The notes beneath the pieces were generated by a model. That model was not told where the DNA came from. It saw only the letters and a program-made list of their open reading frames with translations, and made no database searches. Shown here one piece after another: positions 33,600 through 34,280 of a stretch of DNA of 34,280 nucleotides; position 1 is the first letter of the stretch; the number at the start of each line of letters is the position of its first letter. Both the position numbers and the translations under genes were made by a program. The stretch covers positions 1 through 34,280 of IMG/VR virus record IMGVR_UViG_3300030372_001726, one strand, 5' to 3'. The DNA comes from a virus (taxonomy: Duplodnaviria > Caudoviricetes).

Positions 33600-34280
33600 T
33601 GACAGTCAAAGATTATAGTACCACAGCATCACAAAATACAGCGATTAATGGTATTAACATTAATACAGGGATGCCTCCCTCAAATGTTGATAACGCATTA
33701 AGACAATATGGAAAAGATATTAGAGATGTGTGGAATGATAAAGAATGGTTTGAAATTGGAACTGGCTCTGGAACAACAACTGTAAATAGAACTGGCAACA
33801 CAACTGTTACAATAGCTGCCGATGTAACTTCAACGCATCATGTAGGAAGAAGAGTAAAAATTGTTGGAGCAAATACTGGCACAATTTATTCTCATATTTC
33901 TATTAGTGCTTATTCTTCGCCTAACACTACTTTAACTTTTGCAAGTGGAACTATATCTGCATCGGACTCAACTATATCTTTATATCTTGGATCGCCTTAT
34001 GTTAATCCAAGTGTATCTATTGTTGATGAAGATAACATGGCAAGTAACTCAGCAGTTCTTCCTCCTTCACAGCAATCAGTTAAGGCTTATGTAGATGGTG
34101 GAACAGCTACTATTACAGGAAAAACAATTAACCTTGCTAACAATACTCTTACAGGTACTACTGCACAGTTTAACACAGCATTAAGTGATAATGATTTTAC
34201 AACTCTTGCAGGTTCAGAAACTTTAACAAATAAAACATTAACCTCTCCTATTTTAAACACAGGAATAAGTGGTACAGCTT
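33599..34280 (+). CDS. Tail fibre protein (3'-truncated at window end)
   Basis: ATG 33599 (TAATG coupling): MTVKDYSTTASQNTAINGINI.TGMPPSNVDNALR..., later DEDNMASNS....SQQSVKAYVD and TLTNKTLTSP repeats. Confidence 0.82.
   Translation, partial: MTVKDYSTTASQNTAINGININTGMPPSNVDNALRQYGKDIRDVWNDKEWFEIGTGSGTTTVNRTGNTTVTIAADVTSTHHVGRRVKIVGANTGTIYSHISISAYSSPNTTLTFASGTISASDSTISLYLGSPYVNPSVSIVDEDNMASNSAVLPPSQQSVKAYVDGGTATITGKTINLANNTLTGTTAQFNTALSDNDFTTLAGSETLTNKTLTSPILNTGISGTA

Larger units (their letters stand above)
1..34280. mobile_element. Near-complete temperate podovirus-type phage genome (likely marine alphaproteobacterial host)
   Basis: Continuous phage gene set (terminases, portal, capsid, tail, lysis, integrase, repressor, recombination). 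No host housekeeping genes seen. Window begins and ends in the tail-fibre module. The att region appears intact (attP form). Confidence 0.93.

Noticed and set aside
435-33801. Other short antisense or alternative-frame ORFs in the track (e.g. 435-638, 4549-4761, 4961-5284, 9995-10291, 11663-11857, 15968-16344, 21615-21836, 26235-26513, 28511-28775, 33613-33801)
   Set aside because: Shadows of well-supported genes or structured intergenic regions, with no motifs or RBS.
1-34280. Stop-codon reassignment
   Set aside because: Core genes are full length under the standard code; TAA, TGA and TAG all end genes; the only tRNA found is Thr.

Overview
The window is most of the genome of an AT-rich temperate short-tailed (podovirus-type) phage, opened inside the tail-fibre region. 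The structural gene order (terS, terL, portal, scaffold, major capsid, adaptor, nozzle, three ejection proteins, tail fibre) and composition resemble marine alphaproteobacterial phages such as HTVC010P-type pelagiphages; this host assignment is inference only. It also has a lysis module, a tyrosine integrase with excisionase and a candidate attP, a leftward recombination operon (exonuclease, ERF, SSB-like, DnaA-domain-IV-like, HNH), and a CI-like repressor. The rightward operon carries a stand-alone LexA DNA-binding domain, a C5 methyltransferase, a replication initiator, a PAPS-reductase-like enzyme and a ParB/N6-N4 methyltransferase. Features the ORF track does not explain: (1) a complete antisense tRNA-Thr(GGT) at 3461-3535, while the candidate attP core holds only a tRNA-Thr(GGT)-like anticodon loop, suggesting integration destroys the host tRNA and the phage supplies a replacement; (2) three perfect alphaproteobacterial SOS boxes (GAAC-N7-GAAC) clustered between terS and terL; (3) a two-subunit C5 methyltransferase whose motif IX subunit is nested in another reading frame; (4) structured RNA leaders and a Cys-rich 15-aa microgene. 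All calls are from reading the sequence; no searches were run.
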